From Kiritimatiellia bacterium (lineage in GTDB: Bacteria > Verrucomicrobiota > Kiritimatiellia > RFP12 > UBA1067): 64,000 nucleotides of DNA. The stretch spans positions 8,211 through 72,210 of the forward strand of contig JAFYDR010000194.1 of the NCBI GenBank assembly GCA_017544725.1, given 5' to 3'. Under the pieces are notes generated by a model. That model made no database searches and was not told the DNA's origin. It saw only the letters and a list, made by a program, of their open reading frames with translations. The position numbers were made by a program, and so were the translations under genes. Positions 27,058 through 37,376 of this stretch are shown here, one piece after another. Position 1 is the stretch's first letter; each line of letters begins with the position of its first letter.

Positions 27058-28905
27058 TTAAAACTCGCTTGAGTCACAGACGAGGGACTTCATGATGTAC
27101 TCTTTGCGTTCCGGGCTGTTGGCACCCATGTAGAACTTGATGGTCTTTTCCACGTCGATGTCTTCGGAACACGTCACGGGGGTCAGGCGCATCTTGTCGC
27201 CGATAAATCCCTTGAAGTCATCTTTATCGATTTCCCCGAGTCCCTTGAATCGCGTGATCTCACATCCTTTGCCGCACTTCTTGATTGCGGCCTCACGTTC
27301 CGCGTCGGTGTAGCAGAAGAAGTGCTCCTTTTTGTTGCGGACGCGGAAGAGCGGTGTTTCGAGAATGAAGACGCGTCCGTCGAGGATGAGTTGTCGGAAG
27401 AAACGCATGAAGAAGGTCGTCAACAACATACGGATGTGAAGACCGTCCACATCGGCATCGGTCGCGAAGATGATTTTCGAGTAACGGAGATGCTCCAGCG
27501 TGTCTTCGATGTCGAGCGTCTTGATAAGATTGAAAAACTCTTCGTTCTTGTACAGCACGTCTTTCGCGAGTCCGCATGTGTTGAGGCACTTGCCGCGCAG
27601 GAAAAAGACCGCCTGCTTCATCGCGTCGCGGGCTCCGCCAAGGGTGCCGCCGGCAGACTGTCCCTCCGTCAGGAAGATCATCGTGTCGTCACCCTCCGGA
27701 AGTCCGGTTTTCTTGTCGATTTTGTCGAGCCGCAGGTGTTGCTTGCAGTCCTTGAGTTGCGGAACGCGCACGCTCACCGCCTGTGACCGTTCGCGGGCTT
27801 GCTTCTTGATCGTGTTCAGCTGCGAACGCAACTTGCTGGTTTCGTCGATCTTGCCGATCAGCTTGTTCGCCTCCGCTTCGTTGCGGTGCAGCATCTCCAG
27901 AATCACCTTCCGGATTTCCGCCACCAGCTCTGCGCGAATCTCCTGGTTGCCCAGCTTGTTCTTCGTTTGCGACTCAAAGATCGGGTCTTTCAGACGAATC
28001 GAGATTGCACCGATGACACCTTCGCGTACATCGTCGCCGTCGTACTTCTTGTTGCTGAATTCGTTGACCGCCTTCAACAGGCCTTCCTTAAAGGCGGAGA
28101 GATGCGTACCGCCGTCGTGGATGAACTGTCCGTTGACGAAGGAATAATAAGTTTCGTTGAAACGGCCGGTGTGCGTGAACACCAACTCCAGCATCTTCGA
28201 ACGATAGTAGAAAGGCTGATAGACCTTCTCGAAACGAGCCTCGTCATTGATAAGGTCTTGCAACCCGTTTTCAGAGACGATCTTCTTACCGTTGAGGATC
28301 AGGGCGAGCCCAGCGTTGAGGTAGGCGTACATCCTGAGTCGGCGTTCGATATGGTCCTCGCGGAACTGGAACTTCTTGAAGATCTGGTCGTCCGGTGTGA
28401 ACCGCACCAGCGTTCCGTTCCGTTCTCCAGGATCGCACTTGGTTCTCTTCTGCGATTTCAAATTACCGAACTCGAACGAGGCGGAGGAGACTTCGCCGTC
28501 GCGGAAAGACTTGACCTCGAACCGTTTCGAGAGGGCATTCACGGCCTTGGTGCCGACACCGTTCATACCGACGGAAAACTGGAAGACATCGTCGTTGAAC
28601 TTGCCGCCCGTGTTGATCTGCGAAACGCAATCCACGACCTTGCCGAGCGGGATGCCTCGCCCGAAGTCACGAATGGAGACCTCGCCCGTGTCGTAGTTGA
28701 TACTGATTTCGACACGTTTGCCGTATCCCATGATGAACTCATCGACCGCGTTGTCGATGACCTCCTTCACGAGGATGTAAATACCATCTTCATATTGGGA
28801 ACCGTCACCCGTGCGCCCAATGTACATTCCGGTACGCTTGCGGATGTGCTCAAGAGAGGAAAGAGTCTGGATGTGGGAATCGTCGTATTTCGGAGTCGTT
28901 GCCAT
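27058..28905 (-). CDS. parE: DNA topoisomerase IV subunit B (GyrB/ParE family).
   Basis: GHKL ATPase motifs (VIDNAVDE, GRGIP), a TOPRIM domain (EGDSAGG) and 615 aa. Its stop lies 3 nt before the parC start. Confidence 0.88.
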   Translation of the reverse strand: MATTPKYDDSHIQTLSSLEHIRKRTGMYIGRTGDGSQYEDGIYILVKEVIDNAVDEFIMGYGKRVEISINYDTGEVSIRDFGRGIPLGKVVDCVSQINTGGKFNDDVFQFSVGMNGVGTKAVNALSKRFEVKSFRDGEVSSASFEFGNLKSQKRTKCDPGERNGTLVRFTPDDQIFKKFQFREDHIERRLRMYAYLNAGLALILNGKKIVSENGLQDLINDEARFEKVYQPFYYRSKMLELVFTHTGRFNETYYSFVNGQFIHDGGTHLSAFKEGLLKAVNEFSNKKYDGDDVREGVIGAISIRLKDPIFESQTKNKLGNQEIRAELVAEIRKVILEMLHRNEAEANKLIGKIDETSKLRSQLNTIKKQARERSQAVSVRVPQLKDCKQHLRLDKIDKKTGLPEGDDTMIFLTEGQSAGGTLGGARDAMKQAVFFLRGKCLNTCGLAKDVLYKNEEFFNLIKTLDIEDTLEHLRYSKIIFATDADVDGLHIRMLLTTFFMRFFRQLILDGRVFILETPLFRVRNKKEHFFCYTDAEREAAIKKCGKGCEITRFKGLGEIDKDDFKGFIGDKMRLTPVTCSEDIDVEKTIKFYMGANSPERKEYIMKSLVCDSSEF

Positions 28906-28975
28906 AACTGTCGAGAAAAAAGAAACCGTGAACCGTGCGCATCGGCGACGGTTTCACGGCCAAAATGAAAAAGGG

Positions 28976-29578
28976 TTACTTCTGAGGCGCTTCCGCTTGG
29001 GGAATGCGGCGGATCGAACGGATCACGACCGGCTCGACCGGAACGTTCTGGTGCGGCAGATAGTCGCCAGTACGAACCTTTGCGATCGCATCCACCACAT
29101 CCATGCCTTCGACGACCCGACCGAACACGCAATAGCCGAACTCTCGGTCATTCGCCGCACGGAAGTCCAGATAGGGATTGTCCACCAGATTGATGAAGAA
29201 TTGGCTTGTCGCACTATCGACAATACTCGTGCGCGCCATCGCCAGTGTTCCGCGCTTGTTGGAGAGGCCGTTCTGCGCCTCGTTCCGTACGGGGGCTTTT
29301 GTACGCTTCTGCGTCATCGTCTGCGTGAATCCCCCGCCCTGAATCATAAACCCGTCAATCACACGGTGAAAAATCGTTTCGTCGTAGAACTTCTCATCTA
29401 CATACGACAGGAAATTCTTGACCGTCAAAGGAGCCTTCTCCTCGTCCAGCTCCACGACAATCTTTCCTTTACTCGTCTCAATCGCAACTCGTTGCATCGT
29501 CTTCAACTCCTTTGCTGCCGGCGCGGGCCCATACGCGAAACCAGCCAATACAGCCAAAGCGGCCAAACATTTGAACAT
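28976..29578 (-). CDS. Peptidyl-prolyl cis-trans isomerase, cyclophilin type, secreted.
   Basis: Cyclophilin motifs [21 protein letters not shown] and QFFINL. The start was chosen at [15 protein letters not shown] (signal peptide). The longer ORF-track start looks like an over-extension. Confidence 0.85.
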   Translation of the reverse strand: MFKCLAALAVLAGFAYGPAPAAKELKTMQRVAIETSKGKIVVELDEEKAPLTVKNFLSYVDEKFYDETIFHRVIDGFMIQGGGFTQTMTQKRTKAPVRNEAQNGLSNKRGTLAMARTSIVDSATSQFFINLVDNPYLDFRAANDREFGYCVFGRVVEGMDVVDAIAKVRTGDYLPHQNVPVEPVVIRSIRRIPQAEAPQK

Positions 29579-29759
29579 GTACGTCCTCCCCTTGCGTAAA
29601 TGAACAAATAAAATACCGATTTTCCCCGCAAAAATCCAGCTCAAAATTTTTGTTCTGCCGATTTTTTCACGCGAAAGTAAGGTAGTAGGGAACGCCACGA
29701 GCATACTATGCCCGCGCACAGAACAACCAAGCGGTAACAATGGGCGAACTAACCAAAAT

Positions 29760-29801
29760 CAAAAGCAAGAAAAGTCAACCGCGACGGAGGTCACGGTTGA
29801 C
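29760..29801 (-). terminator. Rho-independent terminator for rplS.
   Basis: Perfect 8-bp stem GTCAACCG/CGGTTGAC. On the minus strand it is followed by TTTTCTTGCTTTTGATTTTGG. It lies about 35 nt downstream of the rplS stop. Confidence 0.6.
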
Positions 29802-29835
29802 CGGAACAAAATCAAGACTCTGAAAAGCACCGAGT

Positions 29836-30261
29836 TTACTTCTCAGCCTTCACCGACTTGGAAGACTTCATCGCGGCGGCCTTGGCGGCCTGCTCTTCAT
29901 CCGTCAGGGGGATCGTGCGCAGACGAGCCTTCTTACCCGTCAGCTTGCGCAGATAGTAGAGCTTGGCGCGACGAACGCGAGAGTGGTTGACCAGCTCGAT
30001 GTGGTCGATATAGGGGGAATACAACGGAAAGACCTTTTCCACACCAATACCGAGCGCAAAACGGCGCACCGTAAACGTGGCGGAAAGGCCCTTTCCACCG
30101 TTCATAGCGATCACGGTTCCGTTGAATGCCTGACGGCGTTCCTTTTCGCCTTCCTTGATTCGCACGAACACCTTCACCACATCGCCAACGCGGATCGGGG
30201 CATGCTTCTGCGCCTTCTCGATTTGCTCGGCGTTAATTTTGTCGATCAATTTCGCGATCAT
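29836..30261 (-). CDS. rplS: 50S ribosomal protein L19 (with a short Lys/Ala-rich C-terminal tail).
   Basis: Core sequence [44 protein letters not shown] is typical L19. Confidence 0.9.
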   Translation of the reverse strand: MIAKLIDKINAEQIEKAQKHAPIRVGDVVKVFVRIKEGEKERRQAFNGTVIAMNGGKGLSATFTVRRFALGIGVEKVFPLYSPYIDHIELVNHSRVRRAKLYYLRKLTGKKARLRTIPLTDEEQAAKAAAMKSSKSVKAEK

Positions 30262-30977
30262 TTTCGCTTCTCCTTCCCGGGGGCGTCAACTTCCCCCTCT
30301 AACAAATCCGGTCGCCTTCGCGCCGTTCTGTCCAACATCTGATTCCTGTGCCAGGCCGCCACCTTCGCGTGATCGCCGCCCAAGAGAACCTCGGGCACCT
30401 GCATCCCGCGAAAGACAGCCGGGCGCGTGTACTGCGGATATTCCAACAGAGGTTGAGAAAAAGACTCATCCTCCGTCGCGATCTCGCCGCCGCCCAGCGT
30501 ACCGGGCAACAGGCGGACGACCGCATCCATCACAACGGCCGCCGGGAGTGCTCCGTTGGTTAACACATAGTCGCCGATCGACAACTCGTCCGTCACCAAC
30601 CTCTGCCGCACACGCTCGTCAACCCCCTCATAATGTCCACAGACAAACACGAGGTGGGTCATTCCCGCCAGCCTTCTCGCCTCCGCCTGGCGGAACGTTC
30701 TTCCGGAAGGGGTCATCAGGATAACCCTAGACTCCGGCGTTCGTACCGCCTCAATCGCGTCAGTCCACGGCTCCGGCTTCTGAATCATGCCGGGGCCGCC
30801 ACCGAACGGGCGATCGTCCGTCGTCTTTCGCGCATCCTGCCCGAAATCCTTCAGGTCAACCACCCGGAACCTGACCGCCCCGCGCTCCACCGCCAACTTC
30901 ATCATGCTCGTTTCGAGAAACCCCTGAAGCATGTCGGGTATGACGGTGATCACGTCTATGCGGAGCGGCGAGTTCAT
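30258..30977 (-). CDS. trmD: tRNA (guanine37-N1)-methyltransferase
   Basis: SPOUT-fold TrmD motifs ([26 protein letters not shown]). It overlaps rplS by 4 nt. Confidence 0.9.
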   Translation of the reverse strand: MNSPLRIDVITVIPDMLQGFLETSMMKLAVERGAVRFRVVDLKDFGQDARKTTDDRPFGGGPGMIQKPEPWTDAIEAVRTPESRVILMTPSGRTFRQAEARRLAGMTHLVFVCGHYEGVDERVRQRLVTDELSIGDYVLTNGALPAAVVMDAVVRLLPGTLGGGEIATEDESFSQPLLEYPQYTRPAVFRGMQVPEVLLGGDHAKVAAWHRNQMLDRTARRRPDLLEGEVDAPGKEKRK

Positions 30978-30993
30978 CGCGCGTCACGCGGCG

Positions 30994-31332
30994 TTAGGCC
31001 GCGCCACCCTCTTTTTTCTGAGCGGCGGCGGCTTTCTTCGCCTTCATGCGGCGTGCGCGCTTCGCGTTCTTGGCCTCGTTCGTGGTGGTCGTCTTTCCCT
31101 TGCGGGCGAGACGCACCAGGCTCGCGGCCTGTTCCGTCATCTGCGCACCGTGGCTCACCCAGTGATCCACGCGCTCCAGATCAACCTTGAAGTTGTTTTC
31201 GACTTCTTTGGGCGAATACCAGCCCAAAATCTCCAAAAACTTGCCATCGCGAGGCGAGCGGGCATCCGCCGCCACGATGCGCCAAGCGGCCGAATTCGTA
31301 CGACCTGTTCTGCGTAGTCTGATTTTGACCAT
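30994..31332 (-). CDS. rpsP: 30S ribosomal protein S16 (with a basic Ala/Lys-rich C-terminal tail).
   Basis: The N-terminus MVKIRLRRTGRTNSAAWRIVAADARSPRDGKFLEILGWY is canonical S16. ATG 31332 was chosen. The ORF-track extension to 31386 is upstream padding. Confidence 0.9.
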   Translation of the reverse strand: MVKIRLRRTGRTNSAAWRIVAADARSPRDGKFLEILGWYSPKEVENNFKVDLERVDHWVSHGAQMTEQAASLVRLARKGKTTTTNEAKNAKRARRMKAKKAAAAQKKEGGAA

Positions 31333-31463
31333 GTTTTTCTCCAAATGAAAGAGCGTACTATACCAAATTCCAAGGCAGAAAGGCAAGACGAAAATTTTCA
31401 GGATTTTTCAAATTTTTGTGCGTTGAGAAATGCTTGTTCCGATAGGTGGTTTTTGGTATAGTG

Positions 31464-32681
31464 ATGCGCATGGTTCGGAACATCGTGATTTTAGGGAGTA
31501 CGGGGTCGATTGGGGAGAGTACGTTGCAAGTCGCGTGCGCGTTGCCCGATCAGATCCGCGTAGTCGGACTCGCCGCGCGAAAGAATGTGGCGAAATTGGT
31601 GGAACAGGCAATTCGCTTCCACGTGCGGACAATCGCCGTGGAGGATGAGAGCCGTTGGGAGGAGGCGCGCGCGTTGGCACGTCCGCACGGGATCAACGTG
31701 CTGTCGGGACGAGAGAGCCTGTGCGAGATCGCCTCGCTCTCGGAGGCGGACACCGTTGTCTGTGCGGTGGTCGGGCTCGCCGGATTGCGTCCCGTCCTTG
31801 CTGCGATTGAGTCGGGTAAGGATGTGGCGCTGGCGACCAAGGAGGTGCTGGTTTCCTCGGGCGATCTGGTGATGCGACGCCGCGCGGAGGCGGGCGTACG
31901 GATTCTGCCGATCGACAGCGAACACAGTGCGTTATTTCAGTGCCTGCAGTCCGGTGCCTGGATGCCCGCTTGCGTACGGGAGGCGGCAGCTCCGGCGGAG
32001 ATCATGGCGGAGAATCGGATCGCACGATTGATACTGACCGCGTCAGGCGGTCCGTTCCGCAATCGATCCGATCTCGATTTGGACAGCGTGACGCCGGAAC
32101 AGGCACTCTGTCATCCGAACTGGCGGATGGGAAAAAAGGTGACGATCGATTCCGCAACCATGATGAACAAGGGATTGGAAATTCTAGAGGCGCACGAACT
32201 GTTCAATATTCCCGTCTCCCGAATCGGCGTACTAGTCCATCCGCAAAGCATCGTCCACTCATTGGTTGAATTCCGGGACGGGAATTTGCTTGCGCAACTT
32301 TCCCAGCCCGATATGCGTTTCCCCATCCAATTTGCGTTGACCTGGCCGGAACGCCACGAGGTCGCCATGCCGAAGTTGAATCTGGCGGAGGTGGGGCAAC
32401 TCTCTTTCTCGGAACCGGACGAATCACGTTTCCCCTGCCTGAGGCTGGCGCGAGAGGCGATGGTTACGGGCGGTACCCTGCCCGCCGTCATGAACGCGGC
32501 GGACGAAATCGCCGTCGATGCTTTTTTGCAGGGACGTATCCGTTTCACCGGAATTGGACGCCTGATCGAAACGGTTCTCTCCAGACACGAGGTTCTTCCG
32601 TGCGATTCCTTCGATGCGGTATTTGCGGCAGATGCGTGGGCAAGGCGCGAGGCGGTACGGAGTCTGTTAATGATTTCCTAA
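31464..32681 (+). CDS. dxr: 1-deoxy-D-xylulose 5-phosphate reductoisomerase
   Basis: N-terminal NADPH-binding ILGSTGSIG, plus DSEHSA and NKGLE motifs, and 400 aa. The exact start codon is uncertain among three Met in MRMVRN. Confidence 0.9.
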   Translation: MRMVRNIVILGSTGSIGESTLQVACALPDQIRVVGLAARKNVAKLVEQAIRFHVRTIAVEDESRWEEARALARPHGINVLSGRESLCEIASLSEADTVVCAVVGLAGLRPVLAAIESGKDVALATKEVLVSSGDLVMRRRAEAGVRILPIDSEHSALFQCLQSGAWMPACVREAAAPAEIMAENRIARLILTASGGPFRNRSDLDLDSVTPEQALCHPNWRMGKKVTIDSATMMNKGLEILEAHELFNIPVSRIGVLVHPQSIVHSLVEFRDGNLLAQLSQPDMRFPIQFALTWPERHEVAMPKLNLAEVGQLSFSEPDESRFPCLRLAREAMVTGGTLPAVMNAADEIAVDAFLQGRIRFTGIGRLIETVLSRHEVLPCDSFDAVFAADAWARREAVRSLLMIS

Positions 32682-32699
32682 GAGGAAACGCAGAGGGAT

Positions 32700-33194
32700 A
32701 TGAGCACACCATTGCACGTCGTCTTGGTCCATCCGGAAATCCCGCACAATACCGGCGCAATCGGTCGCCTATGCGTCGGGCTCGATTGCCAGTTGCACTT
32801 GATTCGTCCGCTTGGTTTCCACCTCTCCGACCGCTATATTCAGCGGGCCGGACTAGATTACTGGGAGCATTTGCACCTTACGGTACACGAGTCGTGGGAA
32901 GCCTTTCTACAAACGGTCGCGCCGTCCCGTCTCGCCTTCCTGAGCACGAAAGGAACGCGTTCGCTTTACGATTGCCGTTTTCAGCCGGGCGATTGTCTGG
33001 TCTTTGGAAGTGAGGGGAGTGGATTGCCCAAGGAACTGTATGACCAGTATCGCGATCAGCTTTTCCGAATTCCGATGCCCGGACTGTACGCGCGCAGTAT
33101 CAACCTCGCCAACTCCGTCGCAATCGCGCTCTACGAAGCCTATCGTCAAGTAGGGGGTGGCAGGGGCGGCGAAGCTGCCAGCAATGAAAAATGA
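32700..33194 (+). CDS. trmL: tRNA (cytidine/uridine-2'-O)-methyltransferase, SpoU/TrmL family.
   Basis: Small SPOUT methyltransferase with HPEIPHNTGAIGR, VFGSEGSGL and NLANSVAIALYE. Confidence 0.8.
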   Translation: MSTPLHVVLVHPEIPHNTGAIGRLCVGLDCQLHLIRPLGFHLSDRYIQRAGLDYWEHLHLTVHESWEAFLQTVAPSRLAFLSTKGTRSLYDCRFQPGDCLVFGSEGSGLPKELYDQYRDQLFRIPMPGLYARSINLANSVAIALYEAYRQVGGGRGGEAASNEK

Positions 33195-33256
33195 AGAGAG
33201 AAAAATGAAGAATGATAGAGAAGGCAGTAGGCAATAGGGAGTAGGCAGTAGCGGCG
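33184..33256 (+). repeat. AATGAAG array plus AGTAGGCAATAGGGAG module (low-complexity repeat).
   Basis: It matches 24420-24450 and, in reverse complement, 40775-40835 and 10070-10140. It overlaps the last codons of trmL. Confidence 0.6.
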
Positions 33257-33346
33257 GCAGGTGCTTCGCATCAGATGGGAAGCGGGGATGACGGAGACGG
33301 GTGTTTAGCCGCCAGTCTCGCTAGTCTTGCCAGTCTCGCCCGTCCG

Positions 33347-33413
33347 TTCCGTCGTAGGCAATGTCCCCGTTGCCCGAAACCCAAGTTATCCCCATGAATA
33401 TTCCCGCACCCGG
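33347..33413 (-). repeat. Composite of a degenerate 24-nt hairpin element (GGCAATGTCCCCGTTGCC) plus an E-module (AAGTTATCCCCATGAATATTCCCGCACCCGGTGGGGCGGGG), both in reverse orientation.
   Basis: The same two-module juxtaposition is seen at 7703-7845 and 45894-46191, but with different spacing. Confidence 0.6.
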
Positions 33414-33544
33414 TGGGGCGGGGTACTAACCACCCAACTACCCAACCACCTAACCACCTAACTGTCGCACCGTTTCGCGAAGCGAAAGGAATTTTCAGAA
33501 TCGGCTTGCCACTCGTTCCGGAATACCTTAAACTACCCCTATCT

Positions 33545-34087
33545 ATGAATGACACGGAACAGATGACGATGGAACGGCTCGCGTCGGAATTCATGAAGAT
33601 CCGTAGCGAGATGATTGCGTCTGCGGAAGGCGCAATGAGCATGGCGCTGAAGAAGATCGTTACTCCTTCAGAGGTGGTTCAGGAGGCTTACCTGGCGGCC
33701 GCCAAACGGTTGGCCGATTTTTCGGTGACTTCTTTCCCTCAAAAGTTCAAGGAACTCCTGGAAGAGACGATCTTGGCAGACGAGAACAAGCACTGTCCGG
33801 GCGCGGCGGAAGCGGAGCGTCATGTGGACATTGACATGACGGGGTTCAACGAGAAGAGCCACATCCGCATGGCTCAAGCCGATCCCTTCGCCTCGCTCCA
33901 CAAGCTCATGGAAGAGTTGCCTCCGGACGAACGGGAGATTCTCAACCTGCGGCATTTCCAGAGCCTGAATATCGCGGCGGCAGCGAAGGAGATGCACATT
34001 TCCACTGCACGAGCGAAGGCGCTCTACGCGCGGGCACTCATGGATCTGAAGGCCAAGATGGGTCCTGGCTCCAGACTTGGGCTATGA
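33545..34087 (+). CDS. RNA polymerase sigma factor, sigma-70 family (ECF-like, regions 2 and 4).
   Basis: 180 aa. The C-terminal HTH LNIAAAAKEMHISTARAKALYARAL is typical of sigma region 4. The stop overlaps the start of the downstream helicase gene (ATGA). Confidence 0.6.
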   Translation: MNDTEQMTMERLASEFMKIRSEMIASAEGAMSMALKKIVTPSEVVQEAYLAAAKRLADFSVTSFPQKFKELLEETILADENKHCPGAAEAERHVDIDMTGFNEKSHIRMAQADPFASLHKLMEELPPDEREILNLRHFQSLNIAAAAKEMHISTARAKALYARALMDLKAKMGPGSRLGL

Positions 34088-36018
34088 CCGATTACGCGAA
34101 ACTGTTGAACTCCGAGCAGTGTGAGGCTGCCACCGCCGGGGACGGGCCGATTCTGGTGCTTGCTGCGGCGGGCACCGGAAAGACCAGAACATTGGTTTAC
34201 CGCGTTGCTTACTTGATGGAACAGGGCGTCGATCCCGAAAACATTCTTCTGCTGACATTCACGAATCGCGCCGCCCGCGAAATGTTGGAACGCGCGAAAC
34301 TCCAAGTCGGCGAGTCCATCGGCACACTCTGGAGCGGTACCTTCCACCACATCTGCAACCGTTTCCTCCGCCACTTTGCACCTCGCCTCTCGTTCGAGAA
34401 CGGCTTTACCATTTTAGACCAGGACGATTCCCGCAGTTTGATTAACCAGTGTATCGGTGCCTGTGTCAAGAACAAGAAGGATTTCCCGAAGAAGGAGGTT
34501 GTTGCCTCCCTCATCAGCAAGGCTGCGAACCGCTCTTGTACCGTCCGCGACGTCTTGGAGGATTCGCCGGAGGAGGAACAGCTTTTCGAGGATCAGCTCT
34601 GTCAGGTCGCGGACCTGTACCGAGACCGCAAGCTCGCAATCGGCGCGATGGACTTCGATGACCTGCTGGTGAACGGCTTGCGCCTGCTTGTCGAGCACGA
34701 GGATGTGCGCGAGTTCTACCAGCGCAAGTTCCGTTACATTTTGGTCGATGAATATCAGGATACGAATCGGCTACAGGCAGAGATGGTGGACCTTTTGGCG
34801 GCGAAAAACCGTAATCTGATGGTCGTTGGGGATGACTTCCAGTGTATCTACTCGTGGCGCGGCGCGAACTTCAAAAACATCATGGAGTTCCCCAAACGTT
34901 GGCCGGATTGTAAGATCGTGAAGTTGGAGCAGAATTACCGCAGTGTGCCGGAGGTGCTGGAAGTGGCCAATGCCTGTATCCGAGGAAATCCGGAACAGTT
35001 CCAGAAGGTGTTGCGTCCCACGAGACGTCCTCGGAGAAAGCCGCATCTCTTCAACCTGCGCGATGGTACCGAGCAGAGCTGGGCGGTCATCCGGTTGATC
35101 CGCCAATACCAGCAGCAAGGTTACACGTTCAACGACATGGCGGTTCTCTACCGTGCCCACTTCCATTCCATCGAGTTGCAGATGGGCCTGACGAGAGAAA
35201 AACTTCCGTTCCGAATCACGTCGGGCGTGGGCGTCTATGAACAGGCGCACACGAAGGATGTGGTTTCCTTCTTACGGGTCTGCGAGGGGGCGCGCGATCG
35301 CATGGCGTTCGAGCGTCTGTTGTCGCTACTGGACGGTGTCGGCGCGAAAAGCATCGAGCGGTTCTGGACGAAACTCGGCGGTACGTTCGACTCCGCCAGC
35401 CAGGCACAGCGTCAAACCCTCTCCGAACTTCTGCGTCCTGCCGCGCGAGGTCAAATGGAACCGCTGCTGCGTTTGATGGACGATTACCACAAGGAGGGTA
35501 TGGGAAGCCGGGGCGGTGAGGTCGTGCAGCGTTTCTGCGACGAGTTCTACTCCGGTTATCTCCGGCGCACCTATGACAATGCGATGGAACGTGAGGAGGA
35601 CATCCGTGAATTGGGGCGGCAGCTCTCCCGCTATGAAAACGGTGTGCCCGGTTTCCTGCAGGAGGTCTCTCTGCTGACAAACGTCGATGCCGAATACGAC
35701 CAGATGCAGGAAGACGTTCCGCGAATCCACCTTTCGACGGTGCATCAGGCGAAGGGATTGGAATGGCCGATCGTTTTTATCATTTGGGCGAGCGAGGGAA
35801 TGTTCCCTGCCTCGAAAGTGTTGGAAAGCGGAGATGACACGGAGGAACGACGCCTTTTCTACGTGGCGGTGACACGCGCCAAGGACGAGCTGGTGATCTG
35901 CACGCCCGGTAGCCGTATCTCGCGCGATGGCAGTGTCTTTTTCTGCAAGCCGTCTCGCTTCCTCCGCGAACTGCCAAAGGGGTTGCTCCAGCAGCACTAC
36001 GGCTGTTCCCGTTACTGA
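34084..36018 (+). CDS. UvrD/PcrA/Rep-family ATP-dependent DNA helicase (short form, 644 aa).
   Basis: Walker A AAAGTGKT, motif II DEYQDTN, and the later motifs (VGDDFQCIYSWRGA, the 5' end of the gene aside, and VTRAK). It is shorter than canonical UvrD. Confidence 0.85.
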   Translation: MTDYAKLLNSEQCEAATAGDGPILVLAAAGTGKTRTLVYRVAYLMEQGVDPENILLLTFTNRAAREMLERAKLQVGESIGTLWSGTFHHICNRFLRHFAPRLSFENGFTILDQDDSRSLINQCIGACVKNKKDFPKKEVVASLISKAANRSCTVRDVLEDSPEEEQLFEDQLCQVADLYRDRKLAIGAMDFDDLLVNGLRLLVEHEDVREFYQRKFRYILVDEYQDTNRLQAEMVDLLAAKNRNLMVVGDDFQCIYSWRGANFKNIMEFPKRWPDCKIVKLEQNYRSVPEVLEVANACIRGNPEQFQKVLRPTRRPRRKPHLFNLRDGTEQSWAVIRLIRQYQQQGYTFNDMAVLYRAHFHSIELQMGLTREKLPFRITSGVGVYEQAHTKDVVSFLRVCEGARDRMAFERLLSLLDGVGAKSIERFWTKLGGTFDSASQAQRQTLSELLRPAARGQMEPLLRLMDDYHKEGMGSRGGEVVQRFCDEFYSGYLRRTYDNAMEREEDIRELGRQLSRYENGVPGFLQEVSLLTNVDAEYDQMQEDVPRIHLSTVHQAKGLEWPIVFIIWASEGMFPASKVLESGDDTEERRLFYVAVTRAKDELVICTPGSRISRDGSVFFCKPSRFLRELPKGLLQQHYGCSRY

Positions 36019-36072
36019 ACGTGATTTGACCCCCGAACGCATTCGGGGAAACCGACAAAAAGGAGAGAAAAC

Positions 36073-37143
36073 ATGGCGATTGTGACAATTATCGGATCTG
36101 GCATGATGGGAAGTGCACTGGCATTCCCCGCCCGAGAAAACGGAAACGAAGTTCGGCTCGTGGGTACGCATCTGGACCGTGAGATCATCGATACCTGCCG
36201 TGCGACGAACCGTCATCCGAAATTTGAAAAGCATTTCCCGAAAGGGGTTCCGCCATTCCCCGCTGGCTGCAAGTTCTATCAGATTGAAAAGATGATGGAT
36301 GCCGTTCAAGGAGCCGACTTGATTATCGGGGGCGTTTCCAGTTTCGGCGTCGATTGGTTCGGCGAGGAAGTCCTGCCAAAGATCCCGGTCGAGATTCCCG
36401 TTCTCTCCGTCACCAAGGGATTGCTGGATACGGATGACGGAAAACTCCTGACCTACCCCGCAGTCTGGGAGTCGCGTCTTGCTGCCAAGGGCATGAAGCG
36501 CGACATTTGTGCGATCGGCGGTCCCTGCACAAGCTACGAGTTGGTGGCTCACGACCAAACGGAAGTCGCGTTTTGTGGCAAGGATTTGGAGACGCTCCGC
36601 CGCATCAAGGCGATTATGGCGACGGACTACTACCACATCTCGCTTTCGACCGACGTGACCGGCATCGAGAGCGCCGTGGCATTGAAGAACGGGTACGCGC
36701 TCGGTATCGCCCTGACGATTGGACTGAACCAGAAGGCGTTCGGTCAGGATAGCGAATTGCACTTCAATTCACAGGCTGCCGTGTTCGGTCAGGCGGTGAA
36801 AGAGATGAGCAAGTTGCTCGACTTGCAGGGAGCCGGTACGCTGGAAAACCTGTGCGTAGGCGCGGGCGACCTGTATGTGACGGTGTATGGTGGACGGACC
36901 CGCTTGGTGGGAATCCTGCTTGGGCGCGGACTGAACATCGATGAGGCTCGGGAAGAGCTGAAAGGCGTTACGCTGGAATCGCTGGTGGTCGCGGTACGCG
37001 TCGCACGTGCGGTGAAGAAACTCGTGGCAAACGGCAAACTGGATGCCGCCGACTTCCCGATGCTGATGCACACGGACGAAATCCTTACGGAGAAAAAGCC
37101 CGTCTGCATCCCGTGGGAATCCTTCACCTTCGAACGCGCGTAG
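36073..37143 (+). CDS. gpsA: NAD(P)H-dependent glycerol-3-phosphate dehydrogenase-like protein
   Basis: The N-terminal Rossmann IIGSGMMGSALA and the overall GpsA-like layout support the call. It is divergent from typical GpsA, hence moderate confidence. Confidence 0.7.
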   Translation: MAIVTIIGSGMMGSALAFPARENGNEVRLVGTHLDREIIDTCRATNRHPKFEKHFPKGVPPFPAGCKFYQIEKMMDAVQGADLIIGGVSSFGVDWFGEEVLPKIPVEIPVLSVTKGLLDTDDGKLLTYPAVWESRLAAKGMKRDICAIGGPCTSYELVAHDQTEVAFCGKDLETLRRIKAIMATDYYHISLSTDVTGIESAVALKNGYALGIALTIGLNQKAFGQDSELHFNSQAAVFGQAVKEMSKLLDLQGAGTLENLCVGAGDLYVTVYGGRTRLVGILLGRGLNIDEAREELKGVTLESLVVAVRVARAVKKLVANGKLDAADFPMLMHTDEILTEKKPVCIPWESFTFERA

Positions 37144-37376
37144 TTGGTAGTTTTTCAGCGAAGTAGTAGCGGCAGGGCCGGACATGGTATGTCCGCGAAC
37201 AGAATGCGGTGCTTCTTTCGCCCTTCAGCTGGCGGCTTTCAGCCGCCAGCTCGTTCTTTTTCGCCGGTCTCGCCAGTCCTTGCGCGGCGGATGTGCAGAT
37301 GCTGCCCGTCCTTTGTCATTGGTACTTCTGTCGCCCCAGTGTTCTGTTCGTGGGTTGCGAGCTAGAAGCTAAACCC

